Source: an uncultured Elusimicrobia bacterium (GTDB lineage: Bacteria; Elusimicrobiota; Elusimicrobia; Elusimicrobiales; UBA9959). From it: a stretch of DNA of 64,000 nt. The position numbers and the translations under genes are program-made. Below are positions 24,962 to 36,256 of the stretch, piece after piece; the first letter of the stretch is position 1; the number at the start of each line of letters is the position of its first letter. The stretch is taken from assembly GCA_903867985.1 (NCBI GenBank), contig CAIPTO010000029.1:65-64064 (forward strand). Direction: 5' to 3'. A model generated the notes under the pieces. The model had not been told where the DNA came from, did no database searches, and saw only the letters and a list, made by a program, of their open reading frames with translations.

Positions 24962-25894
24962 ATGAAATATGCTGAAAATATAACAAATCTTATCGGCAAC
25001 ACGCCTCTGGTCAGGATAAATCGCGTGGCGGGTGCCGGCCCTGGCATGGTTCTGGCTAAACTTGAATACTTTAACCCGATGTCCAGCGTTAAAGACCGCA
25101 TAGCCATGGCGATGCTTGATGCGGCGAGCCGTAGCGGGTTAATAAAGGAAAAAAGCCTTATAATTGAGCCCACAAGCGGCAATACCGGCATAGGCCTGGC
25201 TTTTATCTGCGCGGTGCGCGGCTACAGGCTTATGCTGACCATGCCGGAGACTATGAGCGTTGAAAGGCGCAAAATACTGAAGGCCCTTGGCGCGGAAATC
25301 GTTCTTACTCCCGGAGCCGGGGGGATGAAGGGGGCGATAGCAAAAGCTGATGAGCTTCTGGCCGCCAATCCCGGCGCTTTTATGCCCCAGCAGTTTGAAA
25401 ATCCGGCCAATCCGGAGATACACAGGAAGACCACCGCGGAAGAGATTTGGAAGGACACTGACGGTGCGATAGATTATTTTGTGGCCGGGGTAGGTACCGG
25501 CGGGACTATTACCGGAGTTTCGGAAGTCCTGAAAAAGCGCCGGCCCGGAGTCAGAGTAGTCGCGGTGGAACCATTTACTTCTTCTGTCCTCTCAGGGGAA
25601 CCGGCAGGGCCGCATAAAATACAGGGCATAGGCGCAGGGTTCGTGCCGGCCGTGTTCAACAGAGAGAATATAGACGAAATTATCAGGGTTCGTGACGATG
25701 AGGCCGGGCGTATGGCTAGGCGTCTGATGGCCGAGGAAGGGATATGCGCCGGGATCTCAGGCGGGGCCGCCATGCATGCCGCGGTTCTGGTGGCCGCCAG
25801 GCCGGAAGCCGCAGGTAAGGTTATTGTAGTCCTGCTGCCGGACAGCGGCGAGCGCTATCTGAGCACCTGGCTGTATGATACACCAGAGGACTAG
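24962..25894 (+). CDS. cysK: Cysteine synthase A (O-acetylserine sulfhydrylase)
   Basis: The PLP Lys context NPMSSVKDR is present, with [10 protein letters not shown] and GTGGTITG motifs. I moved the start to the ATG at 24962, outside the repeat. Confidence 0.9.
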   Translation: MKYAENITNLIGNTPLVRINRVAGAGPGMVLAKLEYFNPMSSVKDRIAMAMLDAASRSGLIKEKSLIIEPTSGNTGIGLAFICAVRGYRLMLTMPETMSVERRKILKALGAEIVLTPGAGGMKGAIAKADELLAANPGAFMPQQFENPANPEIHRKTTAEEIWKDTDGAIDYFVAGVGTGGTITGVSEVLKKRRPGVRVVAVEPFTSSVLSGEPAGPHKIQGIGAGFVPAVFNRENIDEIIRVRDDEAGRMARRLMAEEGICAGISGGAAMHAAVLVAARPEAAGKVIVVLLPDSGERYLSTWLYDTPED

Positions 25895-25962
25895 AGGACT
25901 GGAGGACTGGGGACCGCCCTACATGCTAATCCTCTAATCTTCTAATCTTCCAATCCTCTAAT
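25885..25962. repeat. Intergenic element, AGAGGACT / CYTCYAAT octamer class
   Basis: The left arm is (AGAGGACT)x3 and the right arm is CCTCTAAT CTTCTAAT CTTCCAAT CCTCTAAT. The cysK stop TAG (25892-25894) lies inside the left arm. Confidence 0.75.
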
Positions 25963-25978
25963 GATTTAATTTAGCACT

Positions 25979-27082
25979 ATGAAAAATACAAAAATTATGG
26001 GCCTGATGTCCGGGACTTCTGCCGACGGGCTTTCGATAGCCTTGTGTTCTGTCGGGACGGACGGCGGAGCCTTGAAGGTTCTGGCCTGTAAAACTTACTC
26101 TTACGGCGATGGTCTGCAGGGGCGTATACTTGCGGCCAAGAATATGCGCGCCGCGGAACTTTCCGGACTTGATTTCGAACTGGGCCGACTCTGGGCCGGG
26201 ATGATCAGGCGTTTTTGCCTGGAGCATAAAATCAAATATAAAAATATTGCCGTTATTGGTTCGCACGGCCAGACTGTATATCATCGGCCCGGCCTAAAAG
26301 GCAATACTTTGCAGATCGGCGAGCCGGCGTTCATCGCCGAAGAGACCCGGAGGCCCGTGGTTTCTGATTTTAGACCGGCAGATATCGCGGCCGGGGGAGA
26401 AGGCGCCCCGCTCATTCCTTTCATGGACGAGTATTTATTCGGGGGGGGCAACCCCGTTGCCCTGCAGAATATAGGCGGAGTGGGCAATATCGCGTTTGTG
26501 GGGAAGGGCGTAAAAACTTCAGGCTTTGACACCGGTCCCGGCAACTCCCTGATGGATACTGCCATGGTTGAGGCTACCGGCGGAAAAATGGCTTATGATA
26601 AAGATGGGCTTCTGGCCGCGGCCGGTAAAGCCGGTCGCGCCAAGATTGAAAAATTTCTTAAACTGCCGTTCTTCGCGCTCAGGCCTCCTAAGTCTCTGGA
26701 CCGGGACGCTTTTTCAGGGATGTTCCTCAAAAAACACTTTGGCCGTATACATTCCGATAATCTGAAGGACACTCTGGCGACCCTTAACCTGTTTACCGCC
26801 GCGTCCGTCGCCCTGGCTTTCAAAAAATATGCTCCGGCCGGAACCGGGAAAATCATAGTAAGCGGAGGGGGAGCGCTGAACCCTGTACTTATGCGCAATA
26901 TTGCCCTGGAGCTGCCGGGAGTGAAAGTTGAAAGCGTCGCCGCCTGCGGTATTAACCCGCTGGCGAAAGAGCCGGCCTGTTTCGCGCTTATGGCCTGGAT
27001 GGCGCTTAACGGGCGGATAAATCATTGCCCTTCAGCCACCGGCGCCCGCGGCCCCCGCGTGCTGGGGAAACTTATATTGTAA
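25979..27082 (+). CDS. anmK: Anhydro-N-acetylmuramic acid kinase
   Basis: The N-terminal GLMSGTSADGLS motif is present, and the length and architecture are typical. Confidence 0.85.
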   Translation: MKNTKIMGLMSGTSADGLSIALCSVGTDGGALKVLACKTYSYGDGLQGRILAAKNMRAAELSGLDFELGRLWAGMIRRFCLEHKIKYKNIAVIGSHGQTVYHRPGLKGNTLQIGEPAFIAEETRRPVVSDFRPADIAAGGEGAPLIPFMDEYLFGGGNPVALQNIGGVGNIAFVGKGVKTSGFDTGPGNSLMDTAMVEATGGKMAYDKDGLLAAAGKAGRAKIEKFLKLPFFALRPPKSLDRDAFSGMFLKKHFGRIHSDNLKDTLATLNLFTAASVALAFKKYAPAGTGKIIVSGGGALNPVLMRNIALELPGVKVESVAACGINPLAKEPACFALMAWMALNGRINHCPSATGARGPRVLGKLIL

Positions 27083-27089
27083 AATATAT

Positions 27090-28139
27090 ATGATGAAGGA
27101 AAATAAAGCCGTTTTTTCCGGAGAACTTAAGAATATCCTTAAAGGCGTTTCCCGGACACTTTATCTCAGTATAAAAATCCTGCCTGAGCCGTTGAAAACC
27201 TCTATGGCGATGGGGTACCTTGTCGCCCGAACCATGGATACAGTGACTGACTGTCCCGCTCTGGACGCCGGGGGCAAGCGTGAGATGTTAGCCCTGTTCA
27301 GAGGCCTGGAGAACAAGAATAACGCCTGGGCGCTGGGCGGCCGGATAAAGCAGGCGGCGCAGAGCATTTCCAATCAGAAAGAAAAAAAGCTGCTTTTTAA
27401 ATTCGAAAAGATAGCCGCTCTTTACGCCGCCTTTTCCGAGTCGGAACTGGCCCCGCTTAAGGCGCTGGTGGACGGCGTGGCGAAGGGGATGGAGATGGAC
27501 CTTGACGCTTTTGGCCGCGGCGGAGTGGTCGCGCTACAAACCGAAGACGACCTCAAGAAATACTGTGTCCTTATCGGCGGGGAACCCGGAATTTTCTGGT
27601 CCCGGCTCTATCGTGAAACCATCCGCCGCAATAATATAAATTTCGGCAAGTTCCCTTCGGAGAGAGACGCCGGGCTTATCGGCTCTGCCCTGCAGATAAC
27701 TAATATTTTGAAGGATATGTCCGCCGATTTGCGCATCGGCCGCTGCTATCTGCCCCAGCCGGATCTTGCCAGCGTGGATCTTAAGCCCGGAGACCTGCTG
27801 GACCCCGCGAAAATGGACCGTTTGCGCCCGGTTGTTTATAAATGGATATGCTGGGCCGTAGATCAACTTGATTTGAGCGAAGAATTTCTGGCTTCTATCC
27901 CTAAGACTGAATTGGCGCTGCGTGCCGCTTTTATCTGGCCGATTTACTGGGCTATGGATACCCTTCAGGAAATAGCGAAAGCGAACCTTCTTGATCCGTT
28001 ATGCTGTCCGAAGATAAAAAGAAGCAGGATCTACTCCACCATAGCGCGCACCCCCCAGTTGATCCTTAGCAACACAGCTTTTGCCAGGGGCTACCGCTTC
28101 AGGCGGGAGACCCTGATAGTGGCGATATCCGGCAGATAG
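27090..28139 (+). CDS. Squalene synthase-like (trans-isoprenyl diphosphate synthase, head-to-head) protein
   Basis: YLVARTMDTVTD resembles the YLxLRxLDTxED motif, and NILKDMSADLRIGRCYLP is the second Asp-rich-like motif. Confidence 0.6.
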   Translation: MMKENKAVFSGELKNILKGVSRTLYLSIKILPEPLKTSMAMGYLVARTMDTVTDCPALDAGGKREMLALFRGLENKNNAWALGGRIKQAAQSISNQKEKKLLFKFEKIAALYAAFSESELAPLKALVDGVAKGMEMDLDAFGRGGVVALQTEDDLKKYCVLIGGEPGIFWSRLYRETIRRNNINFGKFPSERDAGLIGSALQITNILKDMSADLRIGRCYLPQPDLASVDLKPGDLLDPAKMDRLRPVVYKWICWAVDQLDLSEEFLASIPKTELALRAAFIWPIYWAMDTLQEIAKANLLDPLCCPKIKRSRIYSTIARTPQLILSNTAFARGYRFRRETLIVAISGR

Positions 28140-28140
28140 T

Positions 28141-28644
28141 ATGAAAAGAGAAAACATAAAACTCGCGGCCGCAGTTGTCTCAGCCGTATTTGTTTTTTGC
28201 TCCTGCGCTGTCCACAAAAGCGAACTGCTTATTGAAGAGGAGCGTCGCGCCGGGCTGGAAATGCAATCTATTCAGGATATGATCTCTTCCCGGGCCATTC
28301 CGCCCGTGGAATTTGAGCTCGGTTCCGCGACGCTGCTTAGAAGTTCTTTCGATCTCCTTGATCGCGTCGCTCAAATTCTTCTGCGTCATCCCAAACTTAA
28401 GTTTATTGTAGAGGGGCATACGGATGATACCGGCGGCGACGAGTGGAATGAAAGGCTTTCTCTTGAGAGGGCGGGCTCAGTAAAACAGTATTTAGCCGCC
28501 AAGGGTATCTACCCTGATTTTATCAAGGTATACGGGTTCGGGCACACCCGCCGCATTACGGAGGACACCTCTGAGAGGGGCAGGGCTTTGAACCGCAGGG
28601 TGGAATTCTTTCTCACGACCAGAGATTGGGAAACAATTTTCTGA
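28141..28644 (+). CDS. OmpA-family peptidoglycan-binding protein
   Basis: GHTDDTGGDEWNERLSLERAGSVKQYL and NRRVEF are OmpA C-like motifs. Confidence 0.85.
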   Translation: MKRENIKLAAAVVSAVFVFCSCAVHKSELLIEEERRAGLEMQSIQDMISSRAIPPVEFELGSATLLRSSFDLLDRVAQILLRHPKLKFIVEGHTDDTGGDEWNERLSLERAGSVKQYLAAKGIYPDFIKVYGFGHTRRITEDTSERGRALNRRVEFFLTTRDWETIF

Positions 28645-28656
28645 CATTTTTAAATT

Positions 28657-28693
28657 AAAAAAACCGCGCTTATATAAAAAGCGCGGTTTTTTT
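28657..28693. terminator. Bidirectional intrinsic terminator
   Basis: The sequence is AAAAAAA-CCGCGCT-TATATAAAA-AGCGCGG-TTTTTTT, lying between convergent genes. Confidence 0.8.
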
Positions 28694-28740
28694 ATGTCAT
28701 TTTTATGTTCAGCCTGAAAATTGCAGCTGCAAGTAACTGA

Positions 28741-30102
28741 TCAGCCGGCCTTGGTCTGATACTTGTAGGCGAATTTGGAGCGTTTGTGGGGGGGCGTTAT
28801 CTGGTGCTCCGACCACTCAAAGTTCTTGCCGGCTATCCTTATCTGGTCCCCGGGCAGCACTCCAGCCTTCTTCAGGGCCTTGTCCAGGCCGATAAGCTTA
28901 AAGATCCGCCTGAGGCGGTTGATAGAGTCGGGCTGGTTGAAGTTGGTCATGGCTATTATGGTTGTCAGAGTGTCGCTATTAGCCTCCATCAGGCCGTCCT
29001 CAGCCATGCTTATCGTGAAACCTTCTTTTACCGGCTTGTGCAGGGCTGTTGCGTCCAGGTCCAGTTCCGGTTTATATACCACCGGTTCCTTTATTTTGGG
29101 CAGGAGGGCTATTATGTAGTCCAACAGGCCTGTAACCCCGAGCCCGGTGGCCGCGGAGATAAGGAACACGGGGTGTTTTTTATATTTTTTTGCGAGAGCC
29201 GCGTGAACTTTCTTCGCCTCGGGAAGATCGGCTTTGCTGACCGCTATGATGCGCTGTTTCTTTGCCAGTTCGGGATGATAAGTCTTTAGCTCTTTTGCGA
29301 TTACCGCCACCGAGTCTACTGGCTTGAATTTGCCGAATCCCGCCGGGTCCACCAGGTGTATCAGCATCTTGGTTCTGAGAACATGCTTTAAAAACAGATC
29401 TCCCAGGCCCTTACCCTCGTGCGCGCCCTCAATCAGGCCGGGTATGTCGGCCGCGGCAAAACTCTTGCCCTTGTGGGATACTATGCCCAGATGGGGGCTG
29501 AGCGTGGTGAAGGGGTAAGCCGCGATCTTTGGCTTTGCGGCGGAGATGGTGGAGAGAAGGGTGGATTTGCCGGCGTTGGGAAAGCCCACCAGACCCACAT
29601 CCGCCAGAACGCTCAATTCCAGATCGGCGGTGAATTCCTGGCCCGGCTCACCATTTTCAGAGATTTTTGGAGCGGTATTGAACTTAGTCTTAAAAGAGGT
29701 GTTTCCGCGCCCTCCGCGTCCTCCGCGGGCGGCGAGGAATCTGTCCCCGTGGGATTTCAGGTCCGCTACCACGCGGCCTTCAAATTTTACGAGGGTGCCG
29801 CACGGCACATACATCAATATATCCGCGCCCTTAAGGCCGCTCATGTTCTTGCTCTGGCCCGGCCCGCCTTCAGTGGCTCTGATATGTGGGTGGTTGGCAA
29901 TTTCATGCAGCGTGGTGATATTGGTGGAAGCCTCGAAATATATATCGCCGCCCTTGCCGCCGTTCCCGCCGTTGGGGCCGCCGTAGGGCACGAATTTCTC
30001 TCTGCGGAAGGAGGCGCAGCCGTCTCCGCCTTTCCCCGCCCGCAAATAGACCCTGGCGGTATCGACGAAATCAGTGCGTTCGGAATGTCCTTGTTTTTGC
30101 AT
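28741..30102 (-). CDS. obg: GTPase Obg/CgtA with a C-terminal OCT-like extension
   Basis: The Gly-rich Obg fold (GGDGCASFRREKFVPYGGPNGGNGGKGGDIY) is followed by the G-domain motifs GFPNAGKST and DIPGLIEGA. Confidence 0.95.
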   Translation of the reverse strand: MQKQGHSERTDFVDTARVYLRAGKGGDGCASFRREKFVPYGGPNGGNGGKGGDIYFEASTNITTLHEIANHPHIRATEGGPGQSKNMSGLKGADILMYVPCGTLVKFEGRVVADLKSHGDRFLAARGGRGGRGNTSFKTKFNTAPKISENGEPGQEFTADLELSVLADVGLVGFPNAGKSTLLSTISAAKPKIAAYPFTTLSPHLGIVSHKGKSFAAADIPGLIEGAHEGKGLGDLFLKHVLRTKMLIHLVDPAGFGKFKPVDSVAVIAKELKTYHPELAKKQRIIAVSKADLPEAKKVHAALAKKYKKHPVFLISAATGLGVTGLLDYIIALLPKIKEPVVYKPELDLDATALHKPVKEGFTISMAEDGLMEANSDTLTTIIAMTNFNQPDSINRLRRIFKLIGLDKALKKAGVLPGDQIRIAGKNFEWSEHQITPPHKRSKFAYKYQTKAG

Positions 30103-30124
30103 AGGTGAATTTCTTTCTTGTAAT

Positions 30125-30157
30125 AAAAAACCTCCTAATTTAATTTAGGAGGTTTTT
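30125..30157 (-). terminator. Hairpin with U-tract between rpmA and obg (terminator or attenuator)
   Basis: The stem AACCTCCTAA/TTAGGAGGTT is flanked by A and T runs. Confidence 0.6.
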
Positions 30158-30172
30158 AAATAGCGGCGGGGT

Positions 30173-30436
30173 TTATTTTGCGACCTGAGGATAAACGCTT
30201 ATCTGCTTCTTGTTGCGCTTTGCCCACTCGAATTTAACCACGCCCGTCACTTTGGAAAAAAGTGTGTCATCGGAACCGATCCCCACATTGAGGCCGGGCA
30301 GAAATTTAGTGCCCCGCTGTCTTACCAGCACTTCGCCGGCTTTGACATTCTGGCTGCCGTAGCGCTTGACGCCGAGGCGTTGACCGTGACTGTCTCTTCC
30401 GTTAGTTGATGAACCTTGGGATTTTGTTCCTGCCAT
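30173..30436 (-). CDS. rpmA: 50S ribosomal protein L27
   Basis: The sequence [20 protein letters not shown]...RQRGTKF is typical of L27. Confidence 0.95.
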   Translation of the reverse strand: MAGTKSQGSSTNGRDSHGQRLGVKRYGSQNVKAGEVLVRQRGTKFLPGLNVGIGSDDTLFSKVTGVVKFEWAKRNKKQISVYPQVAK

Positions 30437-30560
30437 AATTAAAAACCTCGTTGTTGCGTTGTGCGCGCCTGATCATTCAGATTGTTTAGTTATAGGCCGG
30501 TAGTATCTGCGACTTACCTTACAGCCTGGTCACCTGCAACCTGTTAATTCCGGCGATTGT

Positions 30561-30872
30561 TCAGGATAGCTGAATTTCTTTTACCTGAAGTTCAGTCAGT
30601 TCCTGACGATGGCCCGAGCTTTTCTCATAGGCCTTTTTGGGACGTTTTCTGAAAACGATAATTTTGTCGCCTCTGAGGTGTCTTACGACCTTGGCCGTTA
30701 CTTTAGCCGAGGGAGACTTGCCGGTGGTCGCGCCCTTTTCTTCCTGTGACGCGGTCCACAAAGCCTTGAAAGTCACTTCCTCGCCAGCTTTAGCCGTGAG
30801 CCTTTCTACCTGCAAAATTTCGCCGGGGATTACCCAATACTGCTTACCGCCTGTTTCGATTATTGCGTACAT
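30561..30872 (-). CDS. rplU: 50S ribosomal protein L21
   Basis: The N-terminus MYAIIETGGKQYWV is typical of L21. Confidence 0.95.
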   Translation of the reverse strand: MYAIIETGGKQYWVIPGEILQVERLTAKAGEEVTFKALWTASQEEKGATTGKSPSAKVTAKVVRHLRGDKIIVFRKRPKKAYEKSSGHRQELTELQVKEIQLS

Positions 30873-30959
30873 AGTATGTATATGTTAGCAAAACAAACAT
30901 TTTTTTGCAATCAAAATCAACGTTGAAATCGGAGCCCAAAAAAAGGATAATTGAACTTA

Positions 30960-31685
30960 ATGAGCAACTTTCCAAGGATTCCGGTGCTGGTCTACCATAA
31001 GATAGCCGGTCCCTCCGAATATGACGCCAATCCAAACACCTGTGTCACACCCGCCAATTTTGAGAGGCAGATGGATCTTATGGCCCTGATGGGGTACAAA
31101 ACCGCGGATCCCGCGGAATACTTTAAGGCCAGGCTGGGCCTGGCGTCCAGACTCCCTAAAAAGCCGTTTCTTATAACTTTTGACGACGCCTTTGAAAGCG
31201 TGTTGACCCGGGCGCTGCCGGTTTTGGAAAAGAAGGGCTTTTCCGCCGCGCTCTTTATGGTTTCGTCCGGCTTTGGCCGCAGCGCTTTCTGGGACGAAGA
31301 AACCGATGATTCACCCAACAGACTGCTTGAACCGTCCGGGCTTAAAAAGCTCAGGGACGCGGGTTGGGTGATAGGTTCCCACGGCGTTTCCCACCGTAAT
31401 TTTACAGATCTGGACTGCACCTCGCTGAAGGACGAAGCTTCCCTTTCAAAAAAAGAGCTGGAGGAGGCGCTGGGGTCAGAAGTCTCATGGTTCGCTTATC
31501 CTTACGGGGCTTATAGTCCGGAGGCTAAACGCGCCCTGGCCGAGGCCGGTTATACGATGGGTTTTGCCACTGAGGAGGGGGACGGCGGCCTCTTTTCCGT
31601 CCCGCGCCGCATTATCAGCGGGAAAAGCGGGCTTTTAAATTTCGCCTTACGCCTGCGTCAGGCGGGGAAGATATCTATCCGATGA
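30960..31685 (+). CDS. Polysaccharide deacetylase (NodB homology) family protein
   Basis: The TFDDAFES motif is present, with conserved His (GSHGVSH). I preferred the ATG at 30960 over the TTG at 30951. Confidence 0.8.
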   Translation: MSNFPRIPVLVYHKIAGPSEYDANPNTCVTPANFERQMDLMALMGYKTADPAEYFKARLGLASRLPKKPFLITFDDAFESVLTRALPVLEKKGFSAALFMVSSGFGRSAFWDEETDDSPNRLLEPSGLKKLRDAGWVIGSHGVSHRNFTDLDCTSLKDEASLSKKELEEALGSEVSWFAYPYGAYSPEAKRALAEAGYTMGFATEEGDGGLFSVPRRIISGKSGLLNFALRLRQAGKISIR

Positions 31686-32839
31686 ACCTCGCACTGATCC
31701 TGCACGCGCTTTCAGTTAACAATGGCGTATCGCGGGTTGTCTTGTCGCATGCCCGGGAATTTTCCGCGGCGGGGCATGAGACCCATATTTATGCTTCCCG
31801 CCTGCTCCTGTCGGAAGAGGATAAAAAAAATATTCCTCATAACGTTTTTCTGCACAGGTTCCCCTGCCTGCGCGGATCCAACAGGATCTGGGCAACGCCT
31901 TTTGGGGCGCTTCTGCCGTTTCTTAATAGCAGTCATGATCTGGTTATCAGCCATCTGCTGACCGTCTGGCAGGATGTTATCGTAATGCATAACGATCCGC
32001 AGCCGGTGGAGGTGGAAAAGATGTCGCTCGTGCCGTTCACTATAGATCGGCCGCGACTGCGCACAAAAAACAGGTTCATACGGACTTTTATAGAGGGGAA
32101 GCGTTTTGCTCCGGAGCGCTATAAAAGCGTGGTGGCTTTTTCAGGGCGTTCCGCCGCAGAGATAGCCAGGGTATACGGTGTCCCCCATGAGCGGATAAGG
32201 AGGATACGGCACGGGGTTGACTCCTCGCGGTTTTCGCCGGCCTGGCGCATGGCCCGCCGCGCATCCGCGCGCTCGTCGCTGTCCCTGTCCTCCGACGAGC
32301 TTGCTTTTGTTTACATCGGCGATTCCTGGAAAGGGCTTGAATTCGCCATTAAGGGTATTGCCGCCGCCTGTTGCGGTAAAAAAAGCGTTCTCATAGCGTC
32401 CGGGCCTTTTCACGGAGAGCAATTCTCCGCCCTGGCAGGCGAACTGGGGTTAAAGCTGATCTGCAAAAATGATTGGTCCGATATACGCGATCTTTACAGC
32501 GCTGGAGACGTCTTTATAAATCCGACGCCCATGGACACTTTCGGTCTGGCGGCGCTTGAAGCGATGGCGATGGGGCTTGCAATAATTACCACCAAATATG
32601 CGGGGGTAAGCGAATTTTTTAAAGACGGAGAGAACGCTTTCATACTTGAATGTCCCTGGGATACGCAGGCGATCGCGGACATGGCCGATCGCCTTTGGGA
32701 TCCGGCTTTCAGGGATAGTGTCTCCTGCAGGGGCGCCGAACTGGCCGCCGGACTTTCCTGGGAGAAGCCGGCCCGTGACCACCTTGCGCTCTATCGGGAA
32801 ATAATAGAGGCAAGGCAGTCTGGATGTAAAGCAATTTAG
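31682..32839 (+). CDS. Glycosyltransferase family 4 (GT-B)
   Basis: The C-terminal GT1/GT4 motif is FGLAALEAMAMGLAIITT. It overlaps the upstream gene by ATGA, and its last 8 codons lie inside the repeat element. Confidence 0.8.
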   Translation: MNLALILHALSVNNGVSRVVLSHAREFSAAGHETHIYASRLLLSEEDKKNIPHNVFLHRFPCLRGSNRIWATPFGALLPFLNSSHDLVISHLLTVWQDVIVMHNDPQPVEVEKMSLVPFTIDRPRLRTKNRFIRTFIEGKRFAPERYKSVVAFSGRSAAEIARVYGVPHERIRRIRHGVDSSRFSPAWRMARRASARSSLSLSSDELAFVYIGDSWKGLEFAIKGIAAACCGKKSVLIASGPFHGEQFSALAGELGLKLICKNDWSDIRDLYSAGDVFINPTPMDTFGLAALEAMAMGLAIITTKYAGVSEFFKDGENAFILECPWDTQAIADMADRLWDPAFRDSVSCRGAELAAGLSWEKPARDHLALYREIIEARQSGCKAI

Positions 32840-32945
32840 CTGCGAGAAGCAAAGCCTATAGATGTAAAGCGGTCTAGCTAAATTGCCGGCCTGCTTTGCC
32901 TCTCGGTTGCTAGATCGCTTTGCATCTAAGTTGCTGAACTGCTGC
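32815..32945. repeat. Intergenic fold-back element, GGATGTAAAGCA word class
   Basis: TAGATGTAAAGCGGTCTAGC pairs with GCTAGATCGCTTTGCATCTA, and GAGAAGCAAAGC pairs with GCTTTGCCTCTC. It is the same family as 24798-24930. Confidence 0.75.
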
Positions 32946-33065
32946 TACTCTACCGATGCCCGAAAGGCCTAGTAAATCCAGGGCCGTTAGCCACTTACAG
33001 CCCGGCTGTTTTTAAGCGATACTATAAAAGCAGCCGGGGATAAAGTAATTGGAGAAATTATTATT

Positions 33066-33590
33066 ATGAAACGACACCTCAAGATAGCGGCCTTTTGTTT
33101 TACTCCGTTTTTTGTTTTTCCATTTTGCGCGTTCTCGGCCGGAGATCCCGGTCTCTTGACTGTGAACCCCGCCGGTCAAAGGGACGGATCGATGCCCGGA
33201 GAAAAGTTTCGGGACGCGTCCGCCATATCATCCCCTGTGGAGAAAGACGGCATCAAAAATACAGCTGCGGTTTCTGAACTCAAAACGGCGAAAAGTAAAG
33301 TTGATGGCAGGGGCTATACCGAATTCGACGATTTTAATAATGTCAGCGATCCGCTTTACCGGGAAGGCGCTAAAGTCTTTCTAAAAAAGGCCATTGATGA
33401 AGACCTGACCACTAAGACCGGAACTCCGGAACTCATGCGGGATGCGCCGGCCGATATTCCTTCCGCCACTGTACTACCTGTCCGGACAAAGGAGGAAGAT
33501 GAAAACAAAGCCCAGATACTTCCCCCGAAAAAAAACCGGTTGATAAAACTGATCCCGGCCGACCCTGTTAAAAGCAAGTCAACGTTGTAA
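33066..33590 (+). CDS. Hypothetical secreted protein
   Basis: It has a signal peptide and a low-complexity charged sequence. I recognise no motif. Confidence 0.45.
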   Translation: MKRHLKIAAFCFTPFFVFPFCAFSAGDPGLLTVNPAGQRDGSMPGEKFRDASAISSPVEKDGIKNTAAVSELKTAKSKVDGRGYTEFDDFNNVSDPLYREGAKVFLKKAIDEDLTTKTGTPELMRDAPADIPSATVLPVRTKEEDENKAQILPPKKNRLIKLIPADPVKSKSTL

Positions 33591-33723
33591 AGAATGCCGC
33601 TTGCAGAACAACTGCTGCTCTGCTGTTTTACGGCATTCATAGCGCAAAGTGCCGGGACTTTTGTATTTGCATGCCGGTTCCGGAAGTAATAAAATAGAGT
33701 CGTTAAGTAACCTTGGAGGTGAT

Positions 33724-34410
33724 ATGCTCAGAGACACATCCGACCTTTTCGTTAACACCGTTTTACAGGTATGGGCTAAGTTCGTCGCCCATATTCCGGC
33801 CCTCATAGCCGCCCTGATATTTATCGTCTGCGGCTTGTTTCTCGCCAGGGCGCTCAGTTCCCTCCTGGAACAGTTCCTTCGGAAAATAAAACTTGATTCA
33901 TACACCAGCCAGGTCGGGATCAATGAAATCATGGTGCGCTGCGGTTTCGGCCGTTCGCCTTCCGCTATCCTGGGCTTCATCGTTTACTGGTCGCTAATCA
34001 TGGTGTTTTTTGTCACAGCGGCTAATATCCTTGACCTTAGTGTAATCTCCAATATTTTTGAGCGCTTTATTTTATATTTTATTCCCAAGATAGTGGCAGC
34101 CATCTTTATCGCTTTCGGCGGCCTTATGTTCGCGAAGTTTATGGCTGATGTGGTGACCAATTCCGCCACGGCTAATAATCTTCGGGGCGGGCGATCTCTT
34201 TCAAAAATCGTGAACTTTGTCATCTTGGTATTTACCGCCATAGCCGCCGTGGAACAGCTGGGAATAGAGATGAAGATCATACGCTCCAGTCTGAATATTT
34301 TATTTGCCTCACTGGGCCTGGCCTTCGCTATCGCGGTCGGCTTGGGCGCCAAGGATATCGCCCATGGCATCATTAAAGGCATGTTCACCGAGAATAAGGA
34401 CGAGAAGTAG
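33724..34410 (+). CDS. Membrane protein with conserved TM-helix repeats (MscS-associated type)
   Basis: A strong SD (GGAGGTGA) precedes the ATG at 33724. The protein has repeated TM hairpins. The family assignment is from memory and tentative. Confidence 0.5.
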   Translation: MLRDTSDLFVNTVLQVWAKFVAHIPALIAALIFIVCGLFLARALSSLLEQFLRKIKLDSYTSQVGINEIMVRCGFGRSPSAILGFIVYWSLIMVFFVTAANILDLSVISNIFERFILYFIPKIVAAIFIAFGGLMFAKFMADVVTNSATANNLRGGRSLSKIVNFVILVFTAIAAVEQLGIEMKIIRSSLNILFASLGLAFAIAVGLGAKDIAHGIIKGMFTENKDEK

Positions 34411-34446
34411 AAGAAGTTTGGTGAATTAGCGAGTTTTATAACAAAC

Positions 34447-34478
34447 AAAAAGGCCCGGAATTTATTCCGGGCCTTTTT
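34447..34478. terminator. Bidirectional intrinsic terminator
   Basis: The sequence is AAAAA-GGCCCGGAA-TTTA-TTCCGGGCC-TTTTT. Confidence 0.8.
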
Positions 34479-34505
34479 AATTGTTTGCTATCTGATACTC
34501 ACGCG

Positions 34506-36215
<1,710 letters not shown>

Positions 36216-36256
36216 ATATTTCTCCTTCCCTATTTCATTTAGTTCGGTTAAATTTA

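Noticed and set aside
25885-25962. The tandem short repeats in intergenic regions might be a degenerate CRISPR array.
   Set aside because: The units are 7-8 nt and contiguous, with no spacers. No repeats of 24-40 nt and no cas genes are present, and the arrays are self-complementary.
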